A stretch of DNA of 63,953 bases, counting the filler, from Rhabdomonas costata (lineage: Eukaryota): the NCBI GenBank assembly GCA_019059605.1. It is 35 parts of 35 records of this genome, joined end to end, with 100 filler letters (N's around TTAATTAATTAA, not from the genome) between each part and the next. Parts side by side here need not be neighbours in the genome. Positions count along the whole stretch, not along the records: positions 62,225 to 63,953 come from JAHMHO010009960.1; 34 more parts are not named here. One strand, 5' to 3'. The notes below the pieces were generated by a model. The model was not told the DNA's origin. It ran no database searches and saw nothing but the letters and a program-made list of their open reading frames with translations. Shown here piece by piece: positions 62,258 through 63,953 of the stretch (position 1 is the first letter of the stretch; each line of letters starts with the position of its first letter). The translations under genes were made by a program, and so were the position numbers.

Positions 62258-63627
62258 GTAGGTTGTTGAGCCACCCTGCCTCACAGCTCCGGTGGCTGGG
62301 GCACGAGTGGGAGGAGGCCGTGAAGGCGCCAGGGCTTGCGCGGGCGCCCTCGGGGGCACCGCTCGCACCCCAAGACCAGTCCATGCGGGGTCCCGAAGGT
62401 TTGGGTTGGCCTGCAGATACTCCATGAGCTGCACTGCGAACACATTGCTCGTCAGCAGTTCAAACCGAGGCGGGGAGCTGTTATAGTTTGGAATGAATAA
62501 AAAAAGACCAAGGGATCATCTATTTTACAGGGATCTGATTGTCGGAAACAAACCTGACGGAAAAGCCAGTAAAAAGTGGCCTACCCTTGCTGGAACCGCA
62601 TGAGAATTTCGGTTTAACTCAGAAAAGATTTCTAGAGCTTGAGACATTTCCGCACTTACAGACGTAACAATCGCAGCTGTTGTCAAAACGTCACGAACCA
62701 GTAAGCAAACCCTCTCACTTGCCGTGCGCTGCCCAAAAGTTGCGAGGATCCAATCTTCATCCTGATCCCATCTCATCTTGAATGAGAGTCTGTGACGACC
62801 AACCCCCAACCGTATCTGTCCATCCTGCTTGCAAAAACAACCCGCGCAGCCCGCGCACGTCGGCCAGCAGCACACAGGCCGCCACCAGCTGAACAGCGTG
62901 GAGCTGCAGGGTTTGCACCCTGGAAGGAAGGCGCTCCACGAGGCCCTGCCACTGCTGCCCGTACTTCAGCTGGAACAGTCGCCGAACGATGGGCTGCATG
63001 GCACCCTCCGGCACTTCCCCGACAACAGACCCAGATAAAGCGCTGTGCACATCAGCACAAGACGACTTCACGACCGTTTCTAAACCCAGCTGAGATTTGA
63101 GGTGGCTAACTCCTTTCCATATGAAGCGGTTCGAAAGAGAATCAAGCAAACAAAGGTACACTCGCCATTAACGCACATACGACAATGTCATGAATGCCCA
63201 ATGTCCCATGTCCAGTGTCGGGAGCAGCAGCAAAAATGACAAAAAAAAATGGGGAGAATGAAGATTCTCCCGTGTGCTTTGATGTTCCTGAAAAAATAAC
63301 AAGCAGGCAGGACGGCAGCCTCAACTGCCTGAAAAACCTGGTCAGCTCATGGGGTTCCCATCCCGAGTGCTGCAGCACCACGCTGGGAAACACCACGAGC
63401 ACCGAGTCTCGAGGGGCGCTGCACAGCCCCCCTGAAAGGGTCCCGTGCACCTTCAACTCGGTAGCCACGTCGGGGCCCAAAAACTGCACCTGCCGAACCA
63501 CAGGGCGGAGGAGGTTGAGCAGAGGAGAGGAGAACGGGGCTGCCGCCGAGGAGGTAGCCACCTCCTCTCTTGGCGGTAGGGGAGAGGTTCTTGTCGCCGG
63601 AGGGGGTGAAGCTGCTGCAGGGGGCAT
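62258..63627 (-). CDS. Uncharacterised multi-exon protein
   Basis: Coding-like blocks at about 63627-63320, 63090-62810 and 62480-62258. Confidence 0.5.
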
Positions 63628-63953
63628 CACAGGCTGCTTTGGGGCAGCCCTTTGGAATTGCTGAGTGATGCGGGGGGATTGGTGAAAAGAACGGTACCAA
63701 CAACATCGCTTAAACAAAAAAGCAAAAAGCAAAATCATCAAGAGAAGGAGCAGCAACTGAACAGATCGGCAATCTTTGGGACCATCTGTTACATGCCTCA
63801 GCAGCAAATGCTGCCGACCCAAACTCCCGACGGTAGCATTTGCGTCCGATAGCAAATGCTACTGTCGGAGCGTCCCCGATGGCTTACGATCCGGATTGAC
63901 AACGTTCAAACGCAAAAGTGATGTCTGCGTCACCCCAACAAGTCACAACACAC

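Overview
This window is not a contiguous locus. It consists of 35 unrelated contigs of about 1.73 kb, joined by an artificial spacer (N-run, TTAATTAATTAA, N-run). Most contig 5' ends are G/T-only and most 3' ends are A/C-only, which suggests whole-genome-amplification primer remnants. The DNA comes from an intron-rich eukaryote with short exons, very degenerate GT donors and a standard genetic code. A euglenozoan (euglenid-like) protist is my best inference, but it is unproven. Recognisable gene fragments, spliced by hand, are: an LRR protein, an eIF2-alpha-type kinase, a TRPC4AP-like protein, two RRM proteins (one CELF-like), 5'-nucleotidase, an intronless bacterial-type EEP hydrolase next to a fatty-acid elongase, TBCD, prohibitin, a class III adenylate cyclase, a DHHC-type protein, DNA ligase IV, kelch and ankyrin proteins, an APMAP/strictosidine-synthase-like protein and a USP. 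There are five main observations. (1) A GA-AG intron is forced by the adenylate cyclase catalytic motif, and a second AAG|GAATG donor candidate occurs in 5'-nucleotidase. (2) A degenerate retroelement carries a Dam-like N6-adenine methyltransferase (DLFAS...NPPW) followed by a PPT/LTR-like segment and a gag-like ORF. (3) One non-coding, hairpin-rich contig has repeated conserved blocks and resembles an organellar or extrachromosomal minicircle. (4) The EEP gene is a probable bacterial horizontal transfer. (5) There is a dispersed MITE-like family and a duplicated terminal exon with its 3'UTR. All family assignments are motif recognition by eye; no database search was run.
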